Counted from the stretch's first letter, positions 18,330 through 29,080 are shown. The stretch: 64,000 bases of DNA from a virus (IMGVR_UViG_640753022_000005:874-64873); one strand, 5' to 3'. The notes: a model not told the origin generated them from the letters alone. Made by a program: numbers and translations.

Positions 18330-20807
18330 TTATTGGTAGATGGCGTCGCTGTATTCCGCGACAGTCAGTGATACCGTGTTATCCGTGTTTGGTTTGATGC
18401 TGTTGACAGTCCATAACTGGCTGTCCAGCTCTTCCACTGTCGCGATGAGATAACGCGACGGGAGCTGCACCGTGTCTCCGTTCCAGATGTTTAGCTGAAT
18501 ACTAGGTATTGCAGCGGTGAATCCGTACTTCGTGTCAGCTCGGGCGGTGGCCGGATAACGCAGTGTCGGGTTACCAAGGCTATCGGTAATCAGCACATAC
18601 ATATCCCCGGAAAAGTTGATCGGCTCGCTGGTATCGAAGTTATTCCCGGAGCGCCCGGTGATATAACCCTGCTGCTGATTGCTGTCGTAGATGTCCGGCA
18701 TCTGAATGACGCTACCCACCTGGATAATGCCATCTTCGAAAACTTTGGCATTCATCTTAACTCGGGAATAGATCAGACGCTTAACTTCCCTAATAGCTCT
18801 CTCACGTGCCTGGTACTCGTTACGGAATCCGACTATCTCCAGCTTGTTAGGGTTCTCAGCTTCCTGCTCGACAATAGCGCCGTTCAGCACGCGGTAGTTG
18901 ATGTACGTCTTGTTGTTGGTAGTCGGATGAACGTAGGACACCTGCACGCCGTCGTAGCCGCCAGGAAGAGTGGCCTCGTACGTCATTTTGTACTCGTCCG
19001 TCTTCATGTTGGCGCGGTTGAATACGGCCGCCGGATAATCAACTTTCTGGTCGCGGGTGAACGTCAGCACACCGTCATCCCAATAAGCAACCACCGATGC
19101 CGCATTACAGATTGCTTGCACGCGGTCACCGAGCGAGTCGTTTTCATCGTCAAAGGTGTAGTCGAAGTAGCCCAAGCGCTCATCTGGCAGGTTTTCAGCA
19201 ATAGAGTACAGCCCGTAAAGGTCGATGCTGCTGACCGACTGCTCACCCATGATGAGCCAGGTATGCGCCACCGCATCAGCGAACGAGCGAGACGGTCGCA
19301 GCGTGTAATCTACAGTCTGCGTGTTCAGGTTGTAAGTGATGGTATGGCGCGTTACGAGAGCGTTATATTTGCGCTCCCGACTTCCCAGCGCGTTTTCTGT
19401 CGCCCGAACTTTTACACGTACCAGCGTGTCAGTCGGATGAACGATGTTCTTTCTGATATTAATGGCGTGGATTTCTTCAACTTTTAGCACCGAGGCATCG
19501 CTGGAGTTATCAGTGCGCTGAAAGCTGATCGCATATTTACCGAAGCCACCTGACGGGGTTATCTTATCTGTGCGATAAAAAACTTCGCTCGTATGGTCGT
19601 GAGGAGTCCCCTGGTAATACGTGAAAGTTTGGGTCGTGCCGGGTATCTGGTTGTAATTATCGTCGATTTTCCAGATAACAACTTTCCAGTTCGTCTGTTT
19701 TTTACCGCCCAGGCTCGACTGCGTGTGTAGCCAGAGCTGAGAAGATTCAACTGGCGAGAAGAATGGCCCCACAACAAGCGCTTCGTTATCGTTGAGAATG
19801 AATTTCGTAGTGTTGATGGTGGCATTTGCCGGGATGTCCTGAGGGCCCTGCAGGTCGCTCATCGTGAAAGTGTACCAGCGAACAGGATTAGTAACCGCCC
19901 CATTGTTAGTTTCCACCGCAGAGATGAGGGTGCCAGAGAAAGTAGCGTCAGTAGTGACACTGCCAGAAGCCGTGCTATACGTAACGTTAATGGTGAATGT
20001 TACGGCATGCGGCAGCACTAACCCCATGAAATAATCGAAGTCGGATTGCTTCACGATTTTCATGGCTATCTGGCCGCCGGAATATGTCCCGCTGACGACG
20101 GTATTTGCCGTCGCCGTTTCTATCGGGAAATCTCCCGCTTCGTTCTGCCCGGGAACCTCCTGTCCATCTACGTCATCAAAGCCATACCCTTCAACAATCT
20201 GCGGAATGACCTCTCCAGGCTGATAGAATTGAAACTCGGCACCGGCCAGCGAGCCCAGACTCGATTCAGAGTAGCGCACAGACTCATAATCGTACTTACC
20301 GATTCCGACGCACATCCATTCTGTCACGTACTTCAGTCCGCCATCTTTATCATTCTGACGCACATATTCGAAAACAGATTCCTGAATAAGGTCAGGAAAT
20401 GACCTCACCTGACCATAAATATCCGGCTTGGCTTTATAGACGCGCGCGGTGTTAGTCTGTCCAGTAAGGCTATTATTTGGAGAATCTACTGTATTGCCGC
20501 CAGTGTTTGCGATAGCTGGCTTTGGCGCAAGAAAGGAAAAAACCTGCCCAACGACTTTAAATATCGGGCTCAGAACATCTTCTACAATCCCTTTTGGCTG
20601 GTCGTGAATCTGGATGTGGTCTAGTTCGCTCAGCTCAAACGCCAGCTCATCGTCGTCACTCAGCTTCACGCCGTTGCGGATGATCAGCAGGTCACGGTGA
20701 AAGGTGGCGTCATTGGCCGCCAGCCAGTCATAAAAAAGGGTGCCGTTTGGCACCCTGCAACGCAGCTTAGGCGTTCCTGGAAAATTTGATATCTCAACCA
20801 GCGCCAT
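18330..20807 (-). CDS. Host-specificity / central tail protein (J-like)
   Basis: 825 aa, last gene of the tail-tip block, PDIYGQVRSFPDL motif. Confidence 0.75.
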   Translation of the reverse strand: MALVEISNFPGTPKLRCRVPNGTLFYDWLAANDATFHRDLLIIRNGVKLSDDDELAFELSELDHIQIHDQPKGIVEDVLSPIFKVVGQVFSFLAPKPAIANTGGNTVDSPNNSLTGQTNTARVYKAKPDIYGQVRSFPDLIQESVFEYVRQNDKDGGLKYVTEWMCVGIGKYDYESVRYSESSLGSLAGAEFQFYQPGEVIPQIVEGYGFDDVDGQEVPGQNEAGDFPIETATANTVVSGTYSGGQIAMKIVKQSDFDYFMGLVLPHAVTFTINVTYSTASGSVTTDATFSGTLISAVETNNGAVTNPVRWYTFTMSDLQGPQDIPANATINTTKFILNDNEALVVGPFFSPVESSQLWLHTQSSLGGKKQTNWKVVIWKIDDNYNQIPGTTQTFTYYQGTPHDHTSEVFYRTDKITPSGGFGKYAISFQRTDNSSDASVLKVEEIHAINIRKNIVHPTDTLVRVKVRATENALGSRERKYNALVTRHTITYNLNTQTVDYTLRPSRSFADAVAHTWLIMGEQSVSSIDLYGLYSIAENLPDERLGYFDYTFDDENDSLGDRVQAICNAASVVAYWDDGVLTFTRDQKVDYPAAVFNRANMKTDEYKMTYEATLPGGYDGVQVSYVHPTTNNKTYINYRVLNGAIVEQEAENPNKLEIVGFRNEYQARERAIREVKRLIYSRVKMNAKVFEDGIIQVGSVIQMPDIYDSNQQQGYITGRSGNNFDTSEPINFSGDMYVLITDSLGNPTLRYPATARADTKYGFTAAIPSIQLNIWNGDTVQLPSRYLIATVEELDSQLWTVNSIKPNTDNTVSLTVAEYSDAIYQ

Positions 20808-21210
20808 AACAAAAATACTCCACTTTGGTGAATGCCCGCTGAATGAAAAGCAACGAGTCCATGCGCACGCTTCCGTTTTCGCCGCGCGAGTGCAGGGCTT
20901 GTCGGTTAAGCACCAGACCTACATGCGCCGGTTGTGCGCCGCGGTACCCCACGAATATCCCGCCCTCTACCGGATTATCGACCTTGTGCCAGAAAACTAC
21001 GTCACCCTGATAACAGGTGAAGAAGTCACAGCCGGCTTCGTAGTCCGGCGTCTGGTGTAGCTCAATACCGAGCACGTGGCGGTAATAGAGAACAACCAAA
21101 CCCCAACAGTCTACCTTCTCGAACGAGCAGGCGCGGTTCGCCCAAGGAACGCCAATGACGCGCCTGACGAAATCAGAGGTACTGAAGCCCTGTGTATTCC
21201 TGTGGATCAT
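20794..21210 (-). CDS. NlpC/P60 tail-tip protein (K-like)
   Basis: GVPW..DCWGLV..HVG catalytic motifs. Confidence 0.85.
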   Translation of the reverse strand: MIHRNTQGFSTSDFVRRVIGVPWANRACSFEKVDCWGLVVLYYRHVLGIELHQTPDYEAGCDFFTCYQGDVVFWHKVDNPVEGGIFVGYRGAQPAHVGLVLNRQALHSRGENGSVRMDSLLFIQRAFTKVEYFCYGAG

Positions 21211-21643
21211 AAAGGCGGCCTATGTTGTTGTTTAGGGGGTTAGTTACTGAGAGGGTCACTGATGCAGCATCTGCGTCGATGTCTACAGTCTTGACGTACA
21301 GTTGCCACGACTTAATCGGTGCAGACACGTCTCCACTGTCGAATATCTGCCGTGTGGCTGTGATGGCCGTCAGCCTGGCTGCCCCCTTCCACTTCTTCAT
21401 CAGCGCTTTGATGTCCGATGAAAGGCGGCCAAGTTTCACAGTCGCATCTATCACAGGCGTACCGCTCTGCTGGCTCTCTTCAATTTCGAAACGCGCAGGC
21501 TTGTACACCTGGCCGCCAAGCGTTTTGTCGAAAAATTGCTTGTCTACCAGGCGGACGTATCCGAATGACGGGTGATAGAAAGTGATGGTATCGAACAGTC
21601 CGCGCGTCGGTCGCTGTTGCTTGTATTCACGAAAGGACGGCAT
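21173..21643 (-). CDS. Minor tail protein (DUF1833 / L-like)
   Basis: Position after the distal tail gene; size 156 aa. Confidence 0.65.
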   Translation of the reverse strand: MPSFREYKQQRPTRGLFDTITFYHPSFGYVRLVDKQFFDKTLGGQVYKPARFEIEESQQSGTPVIDATVKLGRLSSDIKALMKKWKGAARLTAITATRQIFDSGDVSAPIKSWQLYVKTVDIDADAASVTLSVTNPLNNNIGRLYDPQEYTGLQYL

Positions 21644-22140
21644 TACGGCACCCTCGGTAGTGATTCTGGGTCTCTGTTGTCAGGATAACCCGTTACAACG
21701 ATATCCAGCCACGAATCCCACGGCGGCGGCAGCTCAACAATGATGTCGTCGAACTCTTCGTCAGGGTTATAGAGGTGGTTGGCTATAACGGTACCAGTCC
21801 AGGTCACCACGCCGCCGTCGATACTGGTTTGCACCGGCATCTGCGTGAAGTGAAGCTCCTGCAACTGGAGGCCACTGCCGCCAATGTTGATGGGCATCCG
21901 AAACCAGTTAACTCCGCGATTCAGGTAGTTCGGGCTGCGCAGCCACTGCTGGAAAGCCCGCTCCTGGTCCAGCGTGAACATCCACGTCAGCGACCATGTG
22001 GTTTTCAGGTCGTCAGTAAGGTTCTGGAAAATAGCCGGGCCGACTGCTGGCTGGTCAGTCTGAAACCCGGTGTCGAAGGTCATATTTTTGCTGGCTTTCT
22101 GCGCCAGCGGCAGCCAGTCAGGATAGTCGATAATAGCCAT
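21643..22140 (-). CDS. Minor / distal tail protein (M-like)
   Basis: Immediately after the tape measure gene; YPDWLPL...WFRMPI. Confidence 0.65.
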   Translation of the reverse strand: MAIIDYPDWLPLAQKASKNMTFDTGFQTDQPAVGPAIFQNLTDDLKTTWSLTWMFTLDQERAFQQWLRSPNYLNRGVNWFRMPINIGGSGLQLQELHFTQMPVQTSIDGGVVTWTGTVIANHLYNPDEEFDDIIVELPPPWDSWLDIVVTGYPDNRDPESLPRVP

Positions 22141-25100
22141 CAGCCCTGCCCTCTTGGCGTGCGTTTAACGTTCATGTTGCTGGTTATGGCGTTGCTGATT
22201 GGACCGCCATTGTTCAGGTCGGCGACTATTACATCCACTGTCACGCCGCCATTGCCATCAGTTCCGGCCTGAGCATCTACAGATGACGATGTGTAGTTCT
22301 GGATATTGATTACCACCCCGCCACCTGCCCCCGCTGTCATTTCCTTATTGCTGATCACCCTGCCGTTGTCGCCCGGTATCATGTACTGCTTACCGGTGCT
22401 GGCCTGGTAGATTTCAGGCATCCCGCCCTCGCCTACCTGATACATCCCACCCGCTGATACCGGGCCGCCGTTTTTGCGCTTGCCAAGCAGATTCGCACCA
22501 ATTACGCCCGCGACCGCACCGAGCCCGATCGCCGCAGCGGTGCCCATAGAAGCGATAGAAGACAGGATTGCCGCAGGCGTCCAGGCCGCCGCCGTGGTGG
22601 CAGCGGCTGCGGTGCTGGTGGCCGTTTGAGTAGCAACAGCAGCAGTCTGAACCGCCGTTACCGTGCCGATGGCCGCTGTCTGTGCCGCCTGGCCCATGAT
22701 TGCTGACTTAACCCACTCAACACCCATTTGGACGAAGCTATTGATGAGGCTGTTCAGGACGGTGTTGCCGACAGAGCGGAGGGCATCGGAAGCGGTCATA
22801 CTGCCCGTTATGATCCCGGTCAAAGCGTTAGAGGCATTTCCTGCCAGTGCATCAAAGGACGCCGCCAGCGCTTCATTGCCTGCACTCTGGTTACGGAAGA
22901 TCTCCCACTGTGCAGCGATGCGAGCCTGCTCGTACTCTCTGTCAGCAGTAGCGCGCAGCATAAGTGCGTTCTGGTGAGTAATAATCCCCTGCTGCTCGTA
23001 TGCCTGAATAAGCGCGAGTTTACGGGCATTTTCATTCGCCAGTTGCTGCACTGGGTCCACGCCGCCAGCAGCTTCCTGTTGCGGGCTGACGGCCTGATCG
23101 GCACGGATTTTCGCAAGGTTGGCCTGGTGGGTCGCTTCCAGTCGTTCAGATGTCTGATTGAACTGCTCCTGGCTTATTTTCTTCGCAGCCAGTGCGGTTT
23201 TCAGATCCTCAACATCCTGCTTATAGCTGGCGTTTTCACGCGCTTCTGGCAGGAGTTTCTCGGCTGCGGCCTGCGCTTTGAGTGCTGCCGCAGTGTCATA
23301 TGCCTGAGCTGCATACTCGCCAGCTAAATCTATCTGGGCTTGCGTTGCCGCTTTACCAAGTGATTGCTGAGCGTTAAGAATGGATTGCTCTCTGCTTAGC
23401 TCCTGAGTTGTCGCCCCAGCCAGCATTGCTTTCTGACGCAAGTTTTCAAGCTTCTGGGCTACTGATTCTGCGGCTGATGCTGAACGCTTGTCTTGCTGCT
23501 CTCCCTTTCTCTGAGCCTCCTGGCGGGCTTCTTCTGCTTTCTGAAGGTCGTAGTTTTCTCCGGCCAGATCGCCAGCCCTTGATATCTGGTTTGGGTTATC
23601 AGTAACCTTCGCTGCCTGCATTCTGGCTTTTGTCACTGCTCTTTGGCGTTCATCCTGAATTTTCAGTAACTCGTTCTGCTCTTCGAGGTTAAGAATTACT
23701 TTGTCGCCATCAGCGGTAGGAGGAGAAACCTGCAGCGCTTTGGGGTTGAAGTTTTGTCCAGCCTGATTCGCCCGTGTTATTTCATCGGCTGTTAATCCGA
23801 ATGCTTTCGCAACCGCCCCCTGCACCCTCTCAAGAGTCGAGCCTTTCTCAATCAGTCCATCATGCACCCCCATAGATGTGAGCATGTTGTTTGTTAGGGT
23901 TCTGTTTGCTTCCGCTGCCATGTCCTGAGTTTTTGCCAGTTTTTCCTGAGCGTCAGCTAAATCTCTACGCTTTTGGGCCAACTGGTTTGCGGCATCTTTT
24001 GCCTTAATCACGAAACCATTATTTTGATCTTCGGTAACCCCGTATTGCCTTGCAAGCGTTGTATATTTCTCATAATCTGATTGCAGTCCCGAAATGGTAT
24101 CTTTCAGATCGCTAATAGCTTCCTCTTGCGCCCTAATTGAAATATTGGCGTCAGCTATCACCCCCCTGAGTTTGGTATTGTTCATCTCCTTCATTGAGGC
24201 TTTAACTTTATCCAAGCTATCGGCAAAGCGGATTGCTTCTTCTCTGGCTTGCTGTGCTTTCTGCCAGAAATAGAATATCGCTCCTGCTGCGAGCATCGCC
24301 GCGCCAGCAGGGCCACCTATAAGAGCAAGCGCACCACGAGCCATTCCAATACCAACTGATGCTGCGCGAGCAGTTGTCGCTGCCCGGGCTGATGCCGCAG
24401 CCTGGGCGTTTTCAGCCTCAGCAAGGGCAATAGATGCGGTAGTCGCCCGTGTTTTTGCGGCAATAAGAGCATCCATTGCCAACATCTCTGCAGCGCTACC
24501 TTTTGCCACGTTATATTCAGCTTGGGCCAGCGCAAGAGAAGAAAGAGCAGCCTCTTTATCAGCAAGAGCTTTACGCTGAACAGAATTAGCGGCTACCAAA
24601 GCAGCCTGTGCCGTCTGATTGTCTGCTACAACCTGCTGACGTGATGCTGCGATATCAGCAATTTTCGCTGAGGTAGCCATGGTCAGCGCGCCGACATACC
24701 GCGCGCCCATTACGCCGGCAACAATCGTGAGCGTAGTGCTGAGAACGTCCAGGTTTTCACTCAGGGAAATGACTGAGTCACTGAATATTTTGACGCCAGT
24801 TTTTACAGTGGCATTCTCACCAAAGAACTTCGTTATGTTGTTGTTGGCAATTTCAAGAGACTGGCTGATCGTTGCAGTAGTTTTAGCGAACTCCTGTCCA
24901 ATTTTATCGCCCTGGGAGAGCAATCCATTCACGATCACATCAGTGGTTAACTTACCCTCTGCAGCCATGTTTCTGAGAGCACCAATGCTGACATTCAAAG
25001 AGTCAGCAAGAGCAATCATGAGCCGGTTACCCTGCTCGTTCACAGAGTTAAATTCATCACCTCTTAAAGCGCCGGACGCCAGCCCCTGAGCAAGCTGAAT

Positions 25101-25622
25101 GATTGCGTTGCTCGCCTCCTCGGCTGTTGCCCCTGACACCACAAAACCCTGGTTAATAATGGTTGTCAGCCTGGTGATGTCCTCTACACTTACGCCGTAG
25201 CTCCTCGTTGAGCGCTCCAGTCGTGCATATAGCGTGGCGGTGGCATCAAGACCAGAGCGGGTCTTTTGCGAGATGTCGAAAACACGCTCTGTGACATCAG
25301 CCAGTGTTTCAAACGGCGGTACGGAATCCCTGACTGCGTTTGCCAGTTTATTACTCAGGTCCTGCCATGCCTGGGCATATGCGCCAACCTGCTGGACAGA
25401 AAGAGCTGCTATGAGCGCTTTCGCGACGCCAGTTAAGCTGGACATAGTGCCTTCAATCGAAGACAGGGATCGCTCAGTGCGGTTTAATCCCGCCTCAAGA
25501 CGACCCATGCTACCGTTAAGCCCATTCAACGCGGCATCAATATCCCGGCGTCCCTGAAGGATCCCGGCGGTGTCCATGTCAACTTCATAAACAATCGTTC
25601 CAGCGCTGACAGTACCAGCCAT
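22140..25622 (-). CDS. Tail tape measure protein
   Basis: 1160 aa, Ala/Gln-rich; tape-measure domain ALASGALRGDEFNSVNEQ. Confidence 0.95.
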   Translation of the reverse strand: MAGTVSAGTIVYEVDMDTAGILQGRRDIDAALNGLNGSMGRLEAGLNRTERSLSSIEGTMSSLTGVAKALIAALSVQQVGAYAQAWQDLSNKLANAVRDSVPPFETLADVTERVFDISQKTRSGLDATATLYARLERSTRSYGVSVEDITRLTTIINQGFVVSGATAEEASNAIIQLAQGLASGALRGDEFNSVNEQGNRLMIALADSLNVSIGALRNMAAEGKLTTDVIVNGLLSQGDKIGQEFAKTTATISQSLEIANNNITKFFGENATVKTGVKIFSDSVISLSENLDVLSTTLTIVAGVMGARYVGALTMATSAKIADIAASRQQVVADNQTAQAALVAANSVQRKALADKEAALSSLALAQAEYNVAKGSAAEMLAMDALIAAKTRATTASIALAEAENAQAAASARAATTARAASVGIGMARGALALIGGPAGAAMLAAGAIFYFWQKAQQAREEAIRFADSLDKVKASMKEMNNTKLRGVIADANISIRAQEEAISDLKDTISGLQSDYEKYTTLARQYGVTEDQNNGFVIKAKDAANQLAQKRRDLADAQEKLAKTQDMAAEANRTLTNNMLTSMGVHDGLIEKGSTLERVQGAVAKAFGLTADEITRANQAGQNFNPKALQVSPPTADGDKVILNLEEQNELLKIQDERQRAVTKARMQAAKVTDNPNQISRAGDLAGENYDLQKAEEARQEAQRKGEQQDKRSASAAESVAQKLENLRQKAMLAGATTQELSREQSILNAQQSLGKAATQAQIDLAGEYAAQAYDTAAALKAQAAAEKLLPEARENASYKQDVEDLKTALAAKKISQEQFNQTSERLEATHQANLAKIRADQAVSPQQEAAGGVDPVQQLANENARKLALIQAYEQQGIITHQNALMLRATADREYEQARIAAQWEIFRNQSAGNEALAASFDALAGNASNALTGIITGSMTASDALRSVGNTVLNSLINSFVQMGVEWVKSAIMGQAAQTAAIGTVTAVQTAAVATQTATSTAAAATTAAAWTPAAILSSIASMGTAAAIGLGAVAGVIGANLLGKRKNGGPVSAGGMYQVGEGGMPEIYQASTGKQYMIPGDNGRVISNKEMTAGAGGGVVINIQNYTSSSVDAQAGTDGNGGVTVDVIVADLNNGGPISNAITSNMNVKRTPRGQG

Positions 25623-25641
25623 AATCTAATCTCCGGGCAAT

Positions 25642-25665
25642 AAAAAACCCCGCCGGAGCGAGGTT
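25642..25665 (-). terminator. Moron terminator
   Basis: AACCTCGC-TCCG-GCGGGGTT-TTTT on the minus strand. Confidence 0.7.
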
Positions 25666-25691
25666 ATGGTTTAATGGTTCTCTTAATCAAT

Positions 25692-26288
25692 TTAATTGCA
25701 GAGTTTACCCCATAGGGATTCAAACTCTTGGCTTCCATCATCTATTGATGATTGACCGCTAATTGATATATATCTTGTTTTACCTGCATAAGCACCGAAG
25801 CTGTTTTTTGCGTTTACGTACCCGCAAATAGCCCCGTCCTTACCATCTCGCTCATCAGAGAACTCTGCAGAAGATGCGTCCTTAAGCGAGGACTTAACTG
25901 ACTCTTTTGCGTCATAAGTCCGGCTAAACTTCTCTTCTTCCTGTGCAATTACTTGTTTTTTTAAACCATCCCTTATCTCTTCATATTGTTGTCTTTCTAC
26001 ATAAGCGTCCCCAAAAATAGGAGTTTTAGAGTTCACCCAAAAAAGAAAACACACATTCGCAGCTAATGAGGCAACTAGAAAGCCAACGGCACAAAAACGC
26101 AAAGTGCCTTTTCTCTCTGAACTTGACAGTCGATTATTAAACTCAGCTTTTTGACCAACCTTGGCAAATACATAACCAATGAGCAGGAATGATCCGATTA
26201 TGAATACCAGCGATATAGGTTCTCTTATAGCGAAAGTACAAGTAACAACCAAAAAAATAAAAGCCAAAATTACAAAGAATTTGTTCAC
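25692..26288 (-). CDS. Membrane moron (3 TM segments + soluble C-terminal domain), candidate superinfection exclusion
   Basis: GTG start at 26288 with RBS; AT-rich; own promoter and terminator; C-terminal CGYVNAKNSFGAYAG motif. Confidence 0.7.
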   Translation of the reverse strand: MNKFFVILAFIFLVVTCTFAIREPISLVFIIGSFLLIGYVFAKVGQKAEFNNRLSSSERKGTLRFCAVGFLVASLAANVCFLFWVNSKTPIFGDAYVERQQYEEIRDGLKKQVIAQEEEKFSRTYDAKESVKSSLKDASSAEFSDERDGKDGAICGYVNAKNSFGAYAGKTRYISISGQSSIDDGSQEFESLWGKLCN

Positions 26289-26320
26289 TTCCCTATCCCC
26301 ATCAGTAATTGATGAGACCA

Positions 26321-26349
26321 ATCCTAGAGAAATATCACCGTAATGGAAA
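26321..26349 (-). promoter_or_regulatory. Putative sigma70 promoter of the moron
   Basis: TTTCCA-17bp-TAGGAT. Confidence 0.45.
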
Positions 26350-26361
26350 GCAACTAAGCAT

Positions 26362-27051
26362 TTACGCATTCACAGTTTTTGAAGCAGCAAGCCTTTTCTT
26401 CTTGCGGGCAAGGTAGTCATCAGCAACGGAATCATATTCTTCCCGGGTGAACCCTTTCTGCTCTGGGTATTTGGCTGCTATCAGAAGCTGAAATTCTGTC
26501 ATGGTAAGCTGCTCGGCTTCCGCCCGGCTCATGCTGAAGTGATTACGCGCGGCGCTGATGTACTCGAAGGCGTTAAACTCAGAGGTCGCCTGGGTGCTTT
26601 CATGGCGCTGCAACTTTCTAACCTTCGCTTTGCCAATAATGCCGTGTGTGATTAGTGACTGCGCAATAACAATCATGTCGAATTCATCCATGGCACCGCG
26701 GCGCATCTTGAATGCCTTCCCTGAGGCTTTGGCGATCCGGAGTTCACCGATTAGGGGAGTCACATCGTCGTTACAGCAGGCGCTAATAACAGTCATCGCA
26801 GCAATCAGGGCTTTACGTCCGTAACTTGTCGTCCTGATATGCTGAACAAGCCATCCAGGCACGGCACCATAAGCATCTATTGCCGACCGTATTAAGTCAG
26901 ATACCTCATCGTGGTGCAGGTCGTAGAACGCCTGCACAATCTCCTTAGGTTCGCCGATACGCGTCATGTTAATGAACGATGGCCGGAAGAAATAATCCTC
27001 ACCATCAACGCTGATGAGGCACTCACCAATCTCTTTAAGCGGGGTATTCAC
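26362..27051 (-). CDS. Tail assembly chaperone (DUF6246-like)
   Basis: PLKEIGE..YFFRPSF..MTMTEFQLL; lies between tail tube and tape measure; GTG start overlaps the upstream TGA. Confidence 0.7.
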   Translation of the reverse strand: MNTPLKEIGECLISVDGEDYFFRPSFINMTRIGEPKEIVQAFYDLHHDEVSDLIRSAIDAYGAVPGWLVQHIRTTSYGRKALIAAMTVISACCNDDVTPLIGELRIAKASGKAFKMRRGAMDEFDMIVIAQSLITHGIIGKAKVRKLQRHESTQATSEFNAFEYISAARNHFSMSRAEAEQLTMTEFQLLIAAKYPEQKGFTREEYDSVADDYLARKKKRLAASKTVNA

Positions 27052-27641
27052 CGGTAAAGCCTCCACGCTTTTCTTCTCTCGGTTCTCGGCAGGCCATCAA
27101 AAGCCTTTTCCACTGGCATCTCGTCGGCATGGTCGACGAGGGAGTAGCAAGGGTAAATAACATCCCTTCCCCATGCGTCTCCGAGCGCATAGTCCGCCGG
27201 TTTACGCTGGCTCCAGTTCATCAGGATGCGGTTAATTCCGCTGGCTGGCAGCGCATAGCAGACGCCGTGAATCAGTCGGTTCAGGGTGATGTAATCCGCA
27301 CGGCACCTGTCAGCAGCAATAAGACGTTCAGCAATCTGCTGCTGATACTGCGGAGGGCGACCAGTGCCGAGGTAAAAACTGATTAGCTCATCAGGGAATC
27401 TGGCGCACCATTCAGCCGCAAGCTCTGCAAAGGCATCTACCGGCTGGGCATCATCTTCCAGTACGACCACTCGCGCTGACTGGCCGGAAGCCCACTTAAC
27501 GGCCCTAAGGTGATTCCAGTTGGCTCCGTGGTCGGCGTCATCGATAAAAAGTTGCGCATTAAGGCTCTCAGCAAGCCTGTGAGCTTTTTCACTGCGTCGG
27601 TGATGGCCTACCACTGCGAATGTCACTTGTGCTGCCACCAT
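27048..27641 (-). CDS. GT-A glycosyltransferase (GT25-like LEDD motif), soluble
   Basis: GANWNHLRA..VVVLEDDAQP..HGVCY..SLVDH; no TM or signal peptide. Confidence 0.7.
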   Translation of the reverse strand: MVAAQVTFAVVGHHRRSEKAHRLAESLNAQLFIDDADHGANWNHLRAVKWASGQSARVVVLEDDAQPVDAFAELAAEWCARFPDELISFYLGTGRPPQYQQQIAERLIAADRCRADYITLNRLIHGVCYALPASGINRILMNWSQRKPADYALGDAWGRDVIYPCYSLVDHADEMPVEKAFDGLPRTERRKAWRLYR

Positions 27642-29080
27642 GCTGTTTCCTTGCCGATGCCGTTGGTCTTAAACACCGTGTGCACTTTCGGGCCGGTAAT
27701 AACTCGGTCACCGAAAGACTTCGCCACGATGCCGAATGCGATCATGTCGCCAACCGCCCTGGCTGCCCCCTCTTTCTTCCAGAAGCGCTCCGACTCAATG
27801 CGGTAGTAAAGCCGCACGATGCGGTGAGCAAACTCCATGACATCTTCGCGTAATCCGCCAAGTAATCCGGCATTCAGCATGGTGTCGCTGGCGTACTGCT
27901 TCAGGAATGACTGGTATACGCGCTCAGGATGATTTTTGATGGCCCATTCATCGGAATATGTCTTTGGCTCAGAGCCGACATAAATCACGCCAGGCTGCAT
28001 TTCTTCCCATGGTGAGCGAAGCATCTCGACATCAGTCCCGTCGGTACACCAGACGAAACGATATTCCGGATGCTCGCGCAGGTGCTGCCAGATATGCAGC
28101 CAGCGCCGGAAGTAAACGTTCATATCCACAACAGGCACGCGAACCGTCGTCTGGCCTGGCGGTGAGTATTCAAACTCGTCAGCGAGAATGACTGCATCGG
28201 CCCCTTTAATCGATTCTGACCATCTGGCGATAAGCGACTGATCCGGTTTCATTCTGGCTCCTCGCTGCGGGTCAGGATGACTGGTCAGCAAGGTTGTGAT
28301 GACGGCATTACATTGTCTGCGGTATGGTGCCCACCCGGTATAACCGGAGTCGCGGCGCTCATTGTGTATTTTTACGTTGTTGCTGACCTGCCGCTCGCGC
28401 TCTGGCTTGGGTACTGAGCGCTCTACCGACTCATGCTCATCCAGCGAGTAAATCAGCTTCTCAGAGCCAATAACGTCGGCATATGCCCATGAGGTAAGCC
28501 CGGCGTTATGAATTCGCAGTGCGAGGTCTGAATGCTCGTACATACCACGGCCGTAAACCGGGTCGAACCCGCCGACCCTTTCAATCGCACTGCGGTGGTA
28601 GTAGAGCATCACGCCGCGCTGGCCGGTGTAGGCGATGTGTTTTTCATCGCGGTACAGGACTGAAAGGTCATTCAGCTTGCGTGGGCCAGCCAGGTCGAGA
28701 AACTGATATGCCAGATGAGGCTCAGGAGACTCGATATACGGAATATGCCAGCCATCTGCAATCGGCCATGCGTCATCGTCCCACAGAAACAGATGCTCAC
28801 AACCGGCATCAATCAGGGCTTCAATGCTGGCGTTTTTGGATGCCACGATGCCCTGAGATTGTTCGTGACGGATAAGCCTTGCGTATTCTGGTGCTGCGGC
28901 GGCCGGCACCGAGCCATCATCGACAATCACAACCACTGCGCCGGGCGGCAGATGTTTCTGGTGCTGCTCAAGAGCGCGTGCCAGAACGTCTGGCCGGTTG
29001 TGGGTGGTGATGGCAATACCAATGCCAGATGAGCGCGCCGACGCTGGCTCGTAGGGAATTCCGTTTATCAGAACCTGCAT
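27623..29080 (-). CDS. Two-domain glycosyltransferase: GT2 plus a second GT-A domain
   Basis: N-term ITTHNR, VDDGS, WDDDAW, EHSDLALR (GT2); C-term CTDGTDV, LNAGLLGG, GDMIAF, terminal HK. Confidence 0.85.
   Translation of the reverse strand: MQVLINGIPYEPASARSSGIGIAITTHNRPDVLARALEQHQKHLPPGAVVVIVDDGSVPAAAAPEYARLIRHEQSQGIVASKNASIEALIDAGCEHLFLWDDDAWPIADGWHIPYIESPEPHLAYQFLDLAGPRKLNDLSVLYRDEKHIAYTGQRGVMLYYHRSAIERVGGFDPVYGRGMYEHSDLALRIHNAGLTSWAYADVIGSEKLIYSLDEHESVERSVPKPERERQVSNNVKIHNERRDSGYTGWAPYRRQCNAVITTLLTSHPDPQRGARMKPDQSLIARWSESIKGADAVILADEFEYSPPGQTTVRVPVVDMNVYFRRWLHIWQHLREHPEYRFVWCTDGTDVEMLRSPWEEMQPGVIYVGSEPKTYSDEWAIKNHPERVYQSFLKQYASDTMLNAGLLGGLREDVMEFAHRIVRLYYRIESERFWKKEGAARAVGDMIAFGIVAKSFGDRVITGPKVHTVFKTNGIGKETAWWQHK

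Noticed and set aside
20794-21210. NlpC/P60 gene possibly lacking its own start (pseudogene)
   Set aside because: In-frame ATG at 21210 within the upstream gene, catalytic motifs intact; treated as a normal overlap
26362-27066. Lambda G/GT-type programmed frameshift in the tail chaperone
   Set aside because: Single 229-aa ORF; no obvious slippery heptamer with a downstream out-of-frame partner
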